A DNA stretch of 64,000 nt from Azolla caroliniana (Eukaryota; Plantae; Polypodiophyta), in NCBI GenBank assembly GCA_043228905.1, contig JBHGNT010000004.1, positions 2,046,001 to 2,110,000 on the forward strand. The letters run 5' to 3'. The notes beneath the pieces are model-generated. The model did not search any database, had not been told where the DNA came from, and worked only from the letters and a program-made list of their open reading frames with translations. Both the position numbers and the translations under genes were made by a program. Positions 12,290 through 25,541 of this stretch are shown here, piece after piece; the first letter of the stretch is position 1; each line of letters opens with the position of its first letter.

Positions 12290-13909
12290 AGAAAAATTAT
12301 TGGGCTTGCGAACACACCTTGCTTGGGGTAAATTGGATAATGGGCCAGCTGCATCTGTAAGAACTTGGAGTCAATTTCAACAAATGTCACAAGAAGATTG
12401 ACTTGCACATCTACAATCAGTTCATGGTGCCAAGATAATGACGGCCACCTTATCAACAACATATTCTTCGTTTTTTACAACCTTCCAACCTAGGCAAGAA
12501 CATCTATGGTTTTGATGCTTCACAAATGATACATTGATGGTTGTTAAGGGTGTTTCACCTAATGAGTGTGTTTCTTATTTTGAGGTCCTAGACAACAATA
12601 GATTGCAATCTTATACCTTTGATTGCAATTATCTACATGACTTGCGAAGTGCACCAGTTAGAGTGGTTGCTAAAACTGGAAAGAAATGGATCCTTGATAC
12701 TTATCCGTCAATTGCTCATATGTGTGATATCCTGTGGTTATATGCAAAAGATCCTGTTGCAAGATTAACATGGGATCCGGGGGGTTGACTTTGGTCACAC
12801 TCCTTGGGGGAAAAGATCGTTACTCAGTACTCAGTAAAACTTGGAAGATCATTACTGCTCTCTAGGAATGTAACGATACCAGCAACTCAAAAACATTGGA
12901 CCAATTGGGGTGTCTCAACTTTGCATTTGAGAACCTACTGGAAATGGATCTGGTCAATCAAGGGGCCAACTAAATTTATTCTCTTTCGATGGTTATTAGT
13001 GCATATGGCACTACCAATTGGTCATTAATTGAAAGGGAATGTAGCACCCAATTTGCGGCAATGTGGCTTTTGCCATGAACCTCAAGAGACTACCAAGCAT
13101 GGCGTATGGTCTTGTTCTTTTCCTCAACAACTATGGACGAAAGTCGTGTCTTTATTCCTAACAATCAATATAGGTTGCCTATTGTCATAGGGATCAACGA
13201 TGTGGGGAGTATTACATTCCAGCTTGATGTTGTATGTGAGGCAAACGATGTTCATGAGGCAATGACAATACATAATAGAAGATTGATAATAGTTAGTCCC
13301 TTCCAACAACCTCGAAAGCATGTGCGATCTGTCTCGATTTCGAAAACAATGACCACAATAACGTTATCAACATTATGGAAATATCGATGTAACCGACTTT
13401 ATGATGTGGTAGACATTCATCTCTCATATCTGTTGTTTGAGATATGGGAGAACTTGCTGGCAGTAGTTTGTGGCTAGTATGATCATATGCAGGGTTCCCC
13501 AGATACTGTGAACAACAAGAAAAGGAAAAAGCGTCTTCACTTATGGAAAAAGGTGCCCCTATTTACAATGTCAACCCAAGAGCCTCAATGGCAATATCGA
13601 CTTCCACCATCTTGAATATCAACAAATGTAAATATCTTCAAGAAAAGGAAAAAGCTTCTTCAATTATGGAAAAAGGTATCCCTGTTTACAATGTCAACTC
13701 AAGAGCCTCAATGGCAATATCGACTTCCATCTTCTTGAATATCAACAAATGTAAACATCTTCTACAAAGTTCGATATTTGATCCTAGGAGTATTTTACAT
13801 CATTGTATAAGAAAAGTTGTAACCTTCTTGGTAGCTAGGTTCAAGTTGTAGCCTTCGGGCGTTTTTTCTTAATACTATTAAAGAAAATCCTTTATAAAAT
13901 AAATAAATA
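12290..13909 (+). mobile_element. 5'-truncated, degenerate L1-clade LINE with 17-bp target-site duplication
   Basis: ORF2 C-terminal remnants (YWKWIWSIKGPTKFILFRWLLVHMALP; CGFCHEPQETTKH; LWKYRCNRLYD) with stops and frameshifts; A-rich tail; AAAACATATTCTAAATA at 12273-12289 and 13910-13926; internal ~122-bp duplication at about 13516-13760. Confidence 0.88.
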
Positions 13910-14544
13910 AAAACATATTCTAAATACAGTAGGATATGCCCTTTATTTTGTGCAACATTAGCACATGTTAAGTAACTTTATTGGATTTGACAATGTGGCA
14001 AGAAATGTTTGGTCGTGTTAAAGGTAGGGTGCAAACAGGGATAGAATAATTTCTTGTTTAAAGATATGAATATAAAAACAACAAACCATAACCTAACCTA
14101 CCCCATCTGTTGACTACATGCCACATGGATATTTACATTAAAATTTAAGACTCTATCTAAATTCCAATTGCACTAAATATCCTTGAGGAAATCTAGGCAT
14201 TTCAATTCCAACTTTTAAGATGTGAGTCTTGACCAACTACTAAAAATGACGTGAGAAAAGATGGATGCCATGATCTATTTTGTTCTTTGGCTATATTATT
14301 ATTAACTTCACTTAGATCCTTACTCTATTTGTATAACATGTGCAACTCCACGATATATTCTCAATATCCTCTAGATTATAGATGTTAATTATAAGAGAGT
14401 TTGATAATTCATATTTCTTATATTGTGAGAGAGTAGCCTTTCCAAAAAAATTGTGCCACACCCCACCTCTCTAGTGGTCTGCCCAGATCACCATCACAAA
14501 TAAATCAATACATTAAAGTTGAGAATTATTGTACAATCACATAA

Positions 14545-16268
14545 TATTAATCCCATTAGTTTTAAATAATATTCTCAATCCATAAGTTCCACATGTATTT
14601 GGATATATAGGGATAGGATCTCCATTGAATGACTCCTTTAGTGAGGTGGTCAATACAAAAAGGGTGTTTTCAAAGAGTTTCTTTTGTTAACTGCATAAAG
14701 GGTGTATCCACATGCAATTCATGTATTTTTCTAGACATATATATGCCTAAGTGGTGCATGTCGGTGTGTTGGCGTTGGAGTAGCAAAAGTTATGGCAAGT
14801 TGGATTGTGGGAATTGATTCTTGGAAGTAATTTTGGATGTCCATGAATACAAATTGCATGGATTGATGGCGCAGGCATGCCTTTATCGTCATCAATAAAA
14901 CCCCAGTTAAAAGGTGATAGAATATTGCATGTATGGATGCCCAAATTTGTGATATAACAACCCAAATGGCTTTAGCAACCAAACATGTAATGAACCTATG
15001 TTTGGCATCTTCCTCAACCACCGTGCAAAAAAAACATGTCCCATTTGAAATGTGTCTATGTTTTAAAGCCATTGCCAAGGCAACCCACCAACAATCACAC
15101 GCCAAAGAAACACCTTAGCACGGAAGGGAAGATGAGACTGCCATCCTGCATCCAAAACTCTACGCCACCACTTTGCATGTCGAGTAATGTACCATGTGTC
15201 CACAACCTTAGTTGCTAACCAAGCTCTATCTTCAACCAACTTATGGTATACATCATTAGTGTTCACCACAAAAATTGATTGTCCAATACCAAATGACCAA
15301 TCTTTCCATTGGTCTGCAACCACCAACTCTGGAAGCGGGAAAACTAATCTAGGCAATGCCAATATTGATTCCCAAATATACCCATATCCACGTGGTATAT
15401 GAAACTTATTTCTAATTGTCCGAAAGGCCATCATTTTCCTACATGACTCTAATATACCATCTTCCACCGTTACCAATCCCAGCTTGGAGGCTGACCATTC
15501 GATTAAACTGTGTATTTAGGCTTTCTTTTCCATCCCAATGTATTATCCTAGAAGATGCCAAAACCTCTGTTGCCAAGGAAGTAATATCTTTTTTGCACTC
15601 AGGGGGGCTCCAATGAAATAATTTCAAGCATCACTACCAAGAAAACATTAATTACTGGACCATAATAGTTTCTAAACATTTAAATGCACTAGTACTATTA
15701 ACAACATGCCACCATGATGTTGTAATTCTGGTACTAAACGGCCATGCTTGAGACTTCCAATACATAAATTTGTCTAAAATGGTCTCTGATATCCAATTCA
15801 AACTTTGAGACGTTGAGATATCAACATCAATAGGGTAACCTATGTGCCGACACACATTGCCTTGATCCAATATTTGGCCACACCATCCAAGATCAACCAA
15901 ATCACTCTCAGTGCATCTAATGAGCATCGACTTTCGCATATTTATATTTAATCTTGACGCCAATGCAAACACATTCCACACCTCCATGGTTTTTGCTATA
16001 TTATCAGGTACTGCTTTGAGAAATAAGAACGAATCATTGGCCAATGCATGAGCTATCAATTGTTTCCCTAATGGCAGAGCTAGTCCAACTATTTCCCCAC
16101 ATGTTGCCGACTCAAGCATCTTCACCAAAATCGGGTGTGTAGCAATTGCAAATAACAATGGACTCAATGGGCATCCTTGTTGAAGTGATCTTGCCAATGG
16201 TATTGCCTTAGTCACTCCACCATTTAACATAATGTGTGACATTGCACCTAATCCCACCAACAAGGGGA
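14545..16268 (-). mobile_element. L1-clade LINE, 3' portion (central RT to zinc finger), degenerate
   Basis: SLQQGCPLSPLLFAI, LANDSFL (decayed F/YADD), RHIGYP, WQSHLPFRAKVFLWRV, CFFCTVVEEDAKHRFITC; 3' motif cccattagtt shared with other copies in the window. Confidence 0.88.
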
Positions 16269-16899
16269 TGCAAGACATCATATGGGACAAGAGTTGAGAC
16301 TACATTTGTACAACTCAAAGGACCTCGAACAATGTTATTCCAAGAAGTGTGGAGTTCTGGTAAAATGCCTAATTCATGGAAAATAGGTTTGGTTAAGCTT
16401 ATACCAAAAGTTGCATCACCTATGTCGATAAAGTGTACGGTAATTTCGATTACTTTAAACAAGCCATAAATCTTAAGTTGAAACAGTGCTGCTTTCAAAT
16501 TACATGTAGCGACGACAGAGCCGCTGGAGAGGAGAGAAGAGGAGAGGAGAAAACTATGCGTTGACATAAATTAGAAATCACTATTAAAATATTTTCGTGG
16601 TCTTATCTACCACTTAGGGATCTTTCAGGCCGGCCGGATTGCTCAATGGAGACCAATATCATTAATGGGTGGGTTGTATAAGATTTTTGCCAAAGTAATT
16701 GCAAATAGACTTCAAAAGGTATTGTGGTCTGTGGTTCATCCAATGCAATATGGGTTTATTAAGGGAAGGGATATCTTGCATAATATTTTGAATGTGCAAA
16801 TGGCAGTGGATTATGCAAAAGAATCCAAACAACAAATTGTAATGATACAACTAGATATCGAGAAGGCATATGATCATGTAAGTTGGTTTTTTATTACTC

Positions 16900-16901
<2 letters not shown>
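16269..16901 (+). mobile_element. Inverted N-terminal RT segment of the adjacent LINE, interrupted by a ~207-bp insert
   Basis: FQEVWSSGKMPNSWKIGLVKLIPK..[insert]..QWRPISLMGGLYKIFAKVIANRLQ..QYGFIKGRDILHN..DIEKAYDHVSW on the + strand. Confidence 0.88.
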
Positions 16902-16948
<47 letters not shown>

Positions 16949-16969
16949 ACACACACACACACACACACA
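16902..16969. repeat. (CT)n(CA)n microsatellite
   Basis: Direct reading. Confidence 0.95.
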
Positions 16970-19523
16970 TCAAGGGAGGAATGAATGAATTAATAGATTA
17001 CATAAGGAGCTATCTAAGTAAATCATTAATTGCTCTAAAGAGTGCCCTAGAGAAACTCATACCTCCATACACTTACAAGCTTTCTATATCGATGATTAGG
17101 CATACATAGGGATTCTACATATGGTCTTAGGTTTCGACACATAATTTGCCAATTCCATGAAAAAGATACGCAATGACCTCATAAGATTTGAACGAAAATG
17201 TAGCATTGACATTGTGCACAATCTATCAAAATACCATGACTTGTGTTGAAAGGAAAGCTTACTATGTGTCATTTTAAGTTGATGTTGTAGTCACAAAAAG
17301 AAGAAATGCCCTAAGCCTGACCAAAGAGTGTGAACGTGCTTTTCAAAGTATGGTCGTAGTAATGCAAACTTTGATATCTATATCTTGCACAATAATACAT
17401 AGATACACCCACACACACTCTCGATAGCTTGTAATCATGTTAAAATGTTATGTGTATATATAAATACACACACATACTACATTCTAACAAGATTACAAGA
17501 CTATACACAATGAAGCCTTTATCATATACTTCTCGGCATTATATCGATACATATAAGCAAAACCGATGCAACATAAAAGAATCTTATTATTCACGGTAAA
17601 GAATATTAAAATTCTTGAATGAGCAAGTTCTTGTGAAACCTTATACACGATAAACAAAAGCCAAACATGGATCCATTATAATACAAAGATGTGTCTCGTA
17701 AAGTGTGATACAAAAACATTTAGTTGAATAATTAGCATAGATAGATATGAAGATGTTAATATAACTAAAGATCATTCACATACTTCTTTATGATACAATC
17801 TCCTCAAATTCACATTGTGTAGGGAATGAACTCTTGCAAAGGAATGATGACATCATATTCTAGAGAACTTTTCTCTTACATGTTCACATGGTATGTCCAC
17901 ATGGGGCACACAAGAATCGATAATATTCTCATCAATCATAGCAAAGTCCCTTAACTTTACATGGAATTCCTTACATGAAATTGTGTAGAGGCCCATAAAT
18001 TAAAAATGATTAGTTAGTTGAGTTGCAATGCTGAAGGTCGTTGTGACCATGAGGTCATGTCTCATCATACTTGGTTTATCCATAAGACAAATAAGGCCAT
18101 GAGAAAATGAGTGTCAATTAAACTAGAGATACCAAGTTGGTAAAACACAAGATAGTCTATCTAATGAGCTCCATCATGTGAGATCTTTAGTCACTCCTAG
18201 ATCATTGGTGAGCTTTCCTTATAGGTGTATGTAGATCGGATAACTATACCCCATTTGACGTGTGGACATTATACCAAATGCAAAAACAAAAGCCAAAGTG
18301 CTCAAATTAATTTCCTTAAAGAAGAAATTGTGTGCATTGCAAATGCAATGATCACCTCTTGTTTGTGTATGTAGTAACAACCTTTACAAAGTGGCAAAAG
18401 CTTTTCTAACTCTTAAGCAATGGAAAGACCTATTTTAACAAGAAATTTAAATAAGAAGAAGCAACACTATTATATTGAGTCTTGCCACACAAGTTCCAAA
18501 TTTGAATTCTCAAACAATAGGCCACTTCTTTTAGCAAGATATCGACACTAAATATGGGAATTGTGCTATTCAAAATTAATCTCTTTTAAAGTACTTTTCA
18601 AATTGCCTCGAATTACTAACCAATTGGAGAGTATAGTTGTTGCTTTTGCTAGAAGAAACAATTTGACTGCTTGATGTGTGGAAATATACCTTTGATCTAC
18701 ACGTTGCCCATCAACTTATATCCAAACATACTATCTACATGTTGCTTACTTATTCATATGTTTTCTATGGTTCACTATTTACGAGTTGGAATTTGTTTTA
18801 TTGATACACAAAGGCACCTCAACCAAGCATGCATATGGTACAGCATCAAATCCATTGCACACGCTTAACTGCTACAAACAATCATGTTTATATAATTGAA
18901 TTCCAACATTCTGCAGACCTTGTTTCCTGCAACATGAAACTCCAAAGGAATGTGGTTCACCTCTCAATATGAATACTCCTTGAAACTCTCTCTGATTTGG
19001 GATTATTATTCTTTCAACATCTGGTGTAATATTATAGTTATGTTATTCTTTGAAGGCAACTAAATACAATGGCATGTTTGCAAGTTTGGATCGAACTCAT
19101 AATAATATGACTCATATTGATCATTTTTCATTGCATCATGAAACAATTTCTTTACTATGGTTTATCAAAAAAATTCAATCAGTTCTAGCTTTTCATATAA
19201 AGTGAACGTAGTATCATTCAGCACAATTATCTTCTTCAAATTTTGACAAATCAAGGATATCATTACTAGGTATCCATATGTAGAATTGCAATAAAACACA
19301 CGCAATGAATTGATACATATCAGGAAATTACAAGTACGTTAGCCTCCACAATTGGTACGGATGTTTGAAAATATGTTACCTATTTACATAGTGGAGATTA
19401 TCTAAATTCAGTGGAGATGTATATATGGACTCTTATGATTCCTCACCATCACCATTAGATCAATACCCTTAAAACCAAAACACAAAAAGTGTTCCTTGAG
19501 TAAATATTCTTATCACCGGATTA

Positions 19524-20048
19524 TCATTTAGAATCTGGCATCTCTTCAACTCCTTTGTATATGAATTGAAAGATACTTGAGAAGTCCTTATTATGCTTAC
19601 CATCTTCGCAAAGTTCAGAATACCTAACAAAACGCATTAGAGAAGCATATACAAATTTCTTAAATTCCGATTAACATGTTTGTCCATATTAATTTTCTTA
19701 GAAATATTTGAGTCTACATACATCCCATGCACGTTTTTTGCTAGGGGTGTTATTGCTCTTTTTTCCTCAGCAGCAGTAATGGCTAGTCCAAGATCTTTCT
19801 TCTAACAACCAAAACACGAGGATCCAATACTTAAGGGCAAATTATCTCTTAGAAAAGGCATAAGAATAGAAGAGTATCATACCATTAGTTGACATGAAAA
19901 CCCCCCGTTATAGTCTCGAGATGCTGGGACACCATTCATAACCCCAGGCACTGGATTATAGGTATCACTGGAACAAAACTAGTAGCTCCAAAGTGAGAAA
20001 ATCACATAAAATATACACAATAGAAGGTAAGAAGAATTAGGAGTCCAA

Positions 20049-20107
<59 letters not shown>

Positions 20108-23100
20108 TAAACAATGAGACAAAAGCTTTTTGATATTATATACAATGAATATCTAAGTCCATATATGGTTCAAGATGATAGGTACCCAAGAACTTGAAGA
20201 GAATTAGGTTTAAACTCTTCACTTTTTATTTCAGTTCTGACAATGAACCATAAATATAAATTGTGTGATTTTGGCATGCTCAAGTTCATTATTACCAGTG
20301 ACCACTAGAATCCCAAAGAGTTTGAAGAGTATTAAAAATCATATTTCATTTTTTTGTTTTGTTTTTGTGCAATATATACATTTCAGCTGAGTGAAGATGT
20401 ACAAGAAGAATGCAATTCAAAGGTTAACTCCTAAACCCTTAGGTTAAGACTCAACATGTAAGCCACTAGTGTCTCCTTGACGAAGGGTTCTGTTATTAAG
20501 AAGAGAAGGTGGTACCACGTTGACCCAAATAAAACCTTTTCAAACAACATTTTCTACAACCCAATGGTAGAAGTTCTTTTTGGCAATATGTTTAGAACCT
20601 TTCTAGGGACAAAAGCACCAATTTACTGATTTGTACTGAAAAAAAATGAACCAAAATAGAAAGACAACGAACCTGCTCCAACAACGAGCAGATGAAGTGT
20701 TAAATATTTTGGAGAGGGTAAAGGCATCAAGCCCTAGTTGTTGCCCAAGAGCAAGTGCTTCCGAGATTCCGGCCATACTTACTGCCAATGCTAAATTGTT
20801 GCATATCTTCGCAGCCTGAATTTTTCTTTACTAGGAATCATTTCCTTTCCCAATAGAATATATTAAAGACAAAGAAATACCAACGTTGAAACAGAAAAAC
20901 ACACAAAAAGATAGAAAGTCAAAAACATTAAACTTGACTTTTCAGACAAGTGTCCATTACCTTTCGGAGAAAAAGAGTTACCAACACTTGGAGATCAAAA
21001 CACTTTCAGTATATATAAAATTTCAAGATAATATATATATATATATATATACACATTAATATATGATAATGGATTCAACGAAACATTTTTTGTATATAGC
21101 CTAGAGTTTTTCTGATCTTGGTGTATTCATCTCCTAAGGAATATACACTGATCAAGATACAAAATGCATGTGAATGCACCCTTACGAATTATAGGCAAAT
21201 GTGAATCCACATAGGATTAGACTAGAAAACCTCATTGAAAAGATGGAGCCTCATCTTGTGTTTGTAAGACGAACAAGAGATAAGAGATATCTAATAAATG
21301 GAACTCTTGGATTTATATTGTCTCTTCCTTTTCTCACTTTCCCTATCATTAGTTCTTCAATCTTTACTCCTCCCTCATGGCAGCTCTTGAATGTCAGATT
21401 TTTAACTTCAAGAAGATGAAACGGCTTTAGTCCACGAAACTCTTCATTATGACAGTATGCTGATGGATTCTTAACATGAACGATATTTTGTATCCACATT
21501 AAAAAAACAGCTGTTGTGAACTTGGATTATTCATCCTTTGTGAAAAATTGCCCTTTTGTAACTAGAGAGTTACTTAGCATTTTGAAATAAGCACTGAAAA
21601 CAGCCCTAACGATGAAATAGAAAGGATCAAATAGTAACGATGTCATTCTTTAGAAAGAGGATCCATAACCCTAGCTAATATAACTATAATATAGAAAACT
21701 AAATTGACCACAAAGTTCAATATTAATTGAATGTCCATGCTTACCGCACCATTTCCAGAGCCTCCGCAATATTGAACATTCTTCCCCATACACTCAAACA
21801 GTGGTTTTGCAGCATTGAATCCATCTTTTATGCCACCAACCTGCAGTTAAAGAGAAATAGAATTGAAAAAACTTAATAAAATCTTCTATATTTGCAAAAG
21901 AAAATTTGAAAATAAATCAATTGAGACCATAAACGTGAGAATTCCAGCTTGTGCCCCAAGGACTCCTCCAGATACCGGCGCATCCAGCACAATAGGATGG
22001 TTTAGACCTCTAATATGGCCTACGCAATGGAAATAAAAGACGTAACAGAAAGGATATGACAAATGTTATTATGGTAAGTAAACGCAACATCATATTCCAC
22101 TCTCACAAAGAGCTATATACTTGGGAATGCCCTTTGAGGTCATGTAGATAAGAAATTTCATGTATAGTATGAGGAGCTCAATGGAAGGTGAAAAACCACA
22201 AAATATGATTACGAGGAAATGTCTGCAAATTCTACTGTACCTATCTTAAGACTAAACAAATTCCATACATACAAAGTGTCACAGTTTTGGGAATTGGAAT
22301 GTCCTTACTGGTAAGGTAAATACAGGTTTCATGGAGAGATCATTTTTATTTTTATTTTCCCTGTTTTTTATTTGGTTTTAAACAGGCTTGTCAGGTGTAC
22401 CTTATTCATTTGAAGTCAAACATCAAGGAGAGGCAAATAATTAACATTGTAAAGTTTAAAAAATGACTTTTGTAGTAAATAAAGGCCATACATGTACTAA
22501 GTTCTTTTAGAGTGTTTCATAACTAAATCATATATTTAAATAATAATTCTCTTACATGAGTTTTCTGAAAGAGAGCACTCCATGGCCCTCGAAGAGATTT
22601 TATGACAGGTTTTTGGATCTACTGTTGATGCATCAATGAGTAAAAATGGATGGATGTCGTTGGGTTTTGACAATAATCCATTACATCCTAGATAAACTTC
22701 GGAAACCTGTGATAAACAGTTTCAAAAATTCAAAACTTTCGAGCATTCATTTCAAGGGAGAACTGATTTCCATACTACAAATGAGTACATAAGCAATGAA
22801 TCAATACTAGTTACTTCTACAAGAAGATCCCCAAAAAAGTTCAAAAATCAAGTTACCAACAACTTGCTCCAGTCTATATCACTACCATTGAGCATGAATG
22901 ACAATAAGCATGACCTAGGAATCAGTAATGTTCAAGATTTGAATCTGAATAAGTTAAACTTAACCTTGTGTTAGCTATATAAAGAACTGTCTCTTATGTT
23001 GAATTTAAGAGAGATAGTTCTTATATAGAGATGTACCTATGCAAAGGACTGACTCCTACATAAAAACTATCTCATGTTGAACTAACGCAAGAGATAGATC

Positions 23101-25399
23101 TTCTACAGACATGTTAAATTATATATATAGTTTCTGGCTACATATAGATAGAAAAAGCCGTGCCCTCCATTTTACTGAAATAAGAAAAAGATAGCTCATT
23201 ACTGAAAGTGCACATGGAAGCATGGTAATCACAACATTGGCTAACTTCGCTACTTCACTTGGTGTTCTCGCAAGAACTGCACCCCGTTCCAAATACATGC
23301 TTACTATAGAATCATCCCTACCAAAAAAGGAAGGGGCAAATAGAAATAAGCAAGCGTTCTTTATTATCTTACTTCCAACAGATAGCAACCAATCACAAAA
23401 GACAGCTGTGAATGAAACACTCTTACATTCTCTTTGCCGATAGAAAAATGTTTAACTAATATTCCAGAAAAAATGAAGGGACAACTACAAATAAGTAAGT
23501 GTTTTATGATCTTACTTCCAATAGATAACCACCAATTCCAAAAGACCGCTGTCAGCAAAATTCTCTTACTTTCTCTTTGCATATAGATCCAATCATTTGG
23601 TTTTGAGGAAAATGATTAACTAACTAGTATTCCAGGAAACATAGAAAAATAACCCAGAGAGGAAATCATAAGGTAGCAGGAAGTACAATCAGAAAAGTAA
23701 GACATAAATCTATTTTATAACAGCCTCAAGAAACATCCTGATGGTTATGATGGAAAGGCCCTATGAACCTCAAAGTGTGCCCCGTCATCCATTTATAAAG
23801 TGCATGGATAATCTTTGTAAACGTGTTATGTTTTCTCAAACTAAAAACTCAGAGCTACAATACCTGATAGATACATACCCAAATTCTGATGGAAGAAACT
23901 ATTATAGAAAAATGAACTGAACCCCAAGCCCAAATTTCTATTACGAAGCAATGCTATTCAGCAAAAGAAAAACAAAATGAGAGAGAACTTCAATAACTTA
24001 CAAGTCATGAACCACGAGTTGATAACCTGCCTTCATCAAATTGTTAGCCATATGTGATCCCATATTTCCCAACCCTATAAACCCAACTTTCTGCAAAGCA
24101 AATAAATAGTATCATAAGTTTGTTATATGTGCCTTGTGGGACCTTTTTTCTTTTGTTTTTCTTTTGAAGGAAACATCTGTATTACTATTAAAGACATACA
24201 AAAGATTATAGGATGCAAAGAGTCTGCATCATCCCCCTCAACGCCAAAACCAAAACATACGATCATCATCTTTCCATGGAGCATAGACAAGCTATATGCA
24301 AGCTGAGGATGAGCTCAAAACGGCATTTCCATGTAATATAGACAATCTGTATGTAGGATGAAGATGAGCTCATACAAGGCTTTTCTATCAAGTATATATA
24401 GCCTATGTGCAATATGAGCATGATCTGACATAAGCTTCGTGCAGGAGCTGCGTAGATGATCAAATTTCCATGTGGCCGTAGACTTTTCTGGATACATGAA
24501 GGAAATCTATTTTATTTAGAATTTGGCAATATGTGATTGGATTGTCCGCCAACCATGTCCAGCTAACTGACTTTGCCCTGTTAGCTCACACTTGCCTGCT
24601 AGTTTCTTTGAATCTTCGTGGACTCCATATAGGGCTCGTACAATATAGAGATGAATGTTTACAAATCTCAATGTAAAAGATATTCTGATGGCTCAGACTC
24701 CCTAGCTTGTTTCTTGGCTTTCCTGAGCCCCAAAAGGGCTATTAAAAACTCAGATTGTATAAGAGATATGTGGGATTGTATCAATTGTTTAGCATATATG
24801 GCAGCCTTAGTTCAACATTGTATTACCTAAGACTCACTAGCAAATTTCTTTGATTTTTCATGTACTCAATATAAGAATTGGAAGAGACGAATGTGTTTCC
24901 ATTAGTTGAATCTTCCATATTGTGTTGTTCTCTAATTACTCACCTTTCTTTTTGTTGTATTCTTAAAGGTACTGTATGATAATCCCATAGAGGATTATTT
25001 CTTGCAATCTCAGAAACCTCACCATCTTGAATGGGCCCATGTTGTAGATCTTTCCAAGGCAGAAATTTCAGTTAGATGTTAATTCGTTAATGAGATTATC
25101 TGGTGCTTCAGGCAGTTTTTACTGATTTAGTTATACTTATTTTGGTTTGATCTCAAAGATGGGGCAACATCTTCAGATGTAATCTCTCTTTTGTTCTCAT
25201 TGGCCACTGGTTACTTCAAGACATCAATAAATGTTTATTTATGTTGATGGGGATATCCAATTCCATCAATCATTGTCAATTTCATGCTCTCTTTGAACTT
25301 AACCATTCCATTTTTCTACGCAAATATTTCTTCTAGATATACATACATATAGGTATAGATATAGATATACACGCGCACACACATACATATGATTGATAG

Positions 25400-25436
<37 letters not shown>

Positions 25437-25541
25437 ACACATAAGTCCCTCTAATATGCAGAGGAGATCGACCATCACCTTGAATGCAGAGGAAACAGTT
25501 GAATATAGTCTGTTGGCGAAGAAACAGGGCGCCGTCCTCAT
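19524..25541 (-). CDS. HIBADH: 3-hydroxyisobutyrate dehydrogenase, mitochondrial (about 337 aa, 10 exons)
   Basis: Exons 25541-25479, 24090-24002, 23317-23203, 22706-22556, 22019-21928, 21840-21745, 20815-20673, 19967-19883, 19801-19722, 19623-19524; all GT-AG with consistent phases. Motifs [81 protein letters not shown]; presequence-like [16 protein letters not shown]. Confidence 0.95.
20050..20103. repeat. (AG)n microsatellite in a HIBADH intron
   Basis: Direct reading. Confidence 0.95.
23322..23587. repeat. Diverged ~145-bp tandem duplication at the 3' end of HIBADH intron 2
   Basis: Two copies of aaataag.aag.gtt...atcttacttccaa.agata..accaat..caaaagac.gctgt...ctcttac.ttctctttgc. Confidence 0.75.
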
